From positions 51,247 to 83,246 of the forward strand of contig JAZKFH010000022.1 of NCBI GenBank assembly GCA_040386535.1: DNA of 32,000 bases, written 5' to 3'. The position numbers were made by a program, and so were the translations under genes. Source of the stretch: Myxococcota bacterium (GTDB taxonomy: Bacteria > Myxococcota_A > UBA796 > SXON01). Shown here piece by piece: positions 31,319 through 32,000 of this stretch (position 1 is the first letter of the stretch; every line of letters begins with the position of its first letter). The notes under the pieces were generated by a model. That model made no database searches. It was not told the DNA's origin and saw only the letters and a list, made by a program, of their open reading frames with translations.

Positions 31319-32000
31319 TGGAACCTCCAACCTCGAGACGCCTCGAGCGGGGCAGAACGGACAGCCTCGAGCAAACTGTCTCGAAGTGTGGCGACACGTC
31401 GAGGATTCGGGGCATTGTCCTGCAGGGATGGCACAACACTCGCGTCGGCCCGATCTCGTAGTCCATCGCCCGGTGGGTGTGTCCGTGCACGACCAGGCGG
31501 AACCGTCCGAGGTGGGCCTCCAGGTCGTGCACGAAGTACGCGTTCAAGGGCGCGTCGCGGAGGCGATGGGACGCGCTGCGCCAGGTGGGGAGGTGATGGG
31601 TCACCAGGATGTCGGCGTCCGCGTTCGCGACGAACGCGGCGGCGCGCGCTGCCTCCTCGTGAACCCACGGCACGAGGTCCCGGACGAACAGCGCGTCGGG
31701 CGTGACCGCATCGAGCAGGCGTCCCGCCCAGGCGCGTCCCGGATACCACAACGTAGCGCCGGCGAAGCGCAGGCCGGCCACGTCCACCACCGAGGAGTCG
31801 AGCCAGCGGAGGTTGGCCAGGCGGGCCGCCGCACACGAAAGCCGCTCGCTCGTCTCCTCGGGGCACGCCCCGTAGTACTCGTGGTTGCCCGCGACGTAGA
31901 CGACCACCGGAGCCCTGTCGCACAGGCGGGCGAGCGCCTCCTCGACGTGGCGCGCGTCGCCGAGGTCGCCCGCGACGATGAGGACGTCCGCGTCGACCAT
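31227..32000 (-). CDS. Calcineurin-like metallophosphoesterase, probably 5'-partial (continues beyond nt 32000)
   Basis: Three metallophosphoesterase motifs are present: VLIVAGDLGD (GDxxD), VYVAGNHEYYG (GNHE), and ILVTHHLP ... LVVHGHTHR (GHTH). The first D-x-H motif normally lies ~25-30 aa upstream of GDxxD and is absent. The ATG at the window edge is therefore probably internal. The last ~30 codons overlap the next gene and show low GC3. Confidence 0.7.
   Translation of the reverse strand: MVDADVLIVAGDLGDARHVEEALARLCDRAPVVVYVAGNHEYYGACPEETSERLSCAAARLANLRWLDSSVVDVAGLRFAGATLWYPGRAWAGRLLDAVTPDALFVRDLVPWVHEEAARAAAFVANADADILVTHHLPTWRSASHRLRDAPLNAYFVHDLEAHLGRFRLVVHGHTHRAMDYEIGPTRVLCHPCRTMPRILDVSPHFETVCSRLSVLPRSRRLEVGGSNGSVQQAGFEGAGRRQVGRPEALGRGPRWC
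31324..31328 (-). promoter_or_regulatory. Shine-Dalgarno GGAGG for the 125-aa gene
   Basis: The minus strand reads TTGGAGGTTCCAATGGGT. GGAGG lies 5 nt upstream of the ATG at 31318. Confidence 0.6.

Noticed and set aside
1-32000. CRISPR arrays, tRNA/rRNA genes, transposases, integrases, and long direct or inverted repeats
   Set aside because: Reading both strands and the ORF translations revealed no spaced repeats, no cloverleaf-like conserved tRNA segments, and no DDE or tyrosine/serine recombinase motifs. A computational repeat search would be needed to exclude short island-boundary repeats.

Overview
This is a high-GC bacterial segment; sampled 60-nt lines give about 77% G+C in typical genes. 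I cannot name the taxon. It reads as a dense defence island with 18 supportable CDSs. I saw no tRNA or rRNA genes, CRISPR arrays, transposase or integrase genes, or long repeats. Layout: (1) + strand 1..5485, a Type III-like mod/res pair with mod truncated by the window edge. (2) + strand 5482..19746, seven further genes joined to res and to each other by overlapping or abutting start/stop codons: a 632-aa protein with a GrpE-like C-terminus, an Hsp70/actin-fold ATPase, a 448-aa orphan, a double-HKD phospholipase-D-family protein, an SNF2-like SF2 helicase, a 138-aa protein, and a STAND NTPase with TPR repeats. I cannot map this set onto any named defence system, and it is my main candidate for an undescribed system. 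(3) - strand 27297..19972, a canonical Wadjet operon jetABCD with 4-nt overlaps. (4) + strand 27386..28453, a DUF4145/HEPN-like plus LGFP-repeat protein. (5) - strand 32000..28503, a metallophosphoesterase (5' partial), a small amphipathic-helix protein, a zinc-ribbon AAA+ ATPase and a beta-propeller protein, the last three tightly coupled; this is a second uncharacterised module. All functional calls rest on motifs read by eye from the supplied translations. No database search was run. The many long antisense ORFs are treated as high-GC shadow ORFs.
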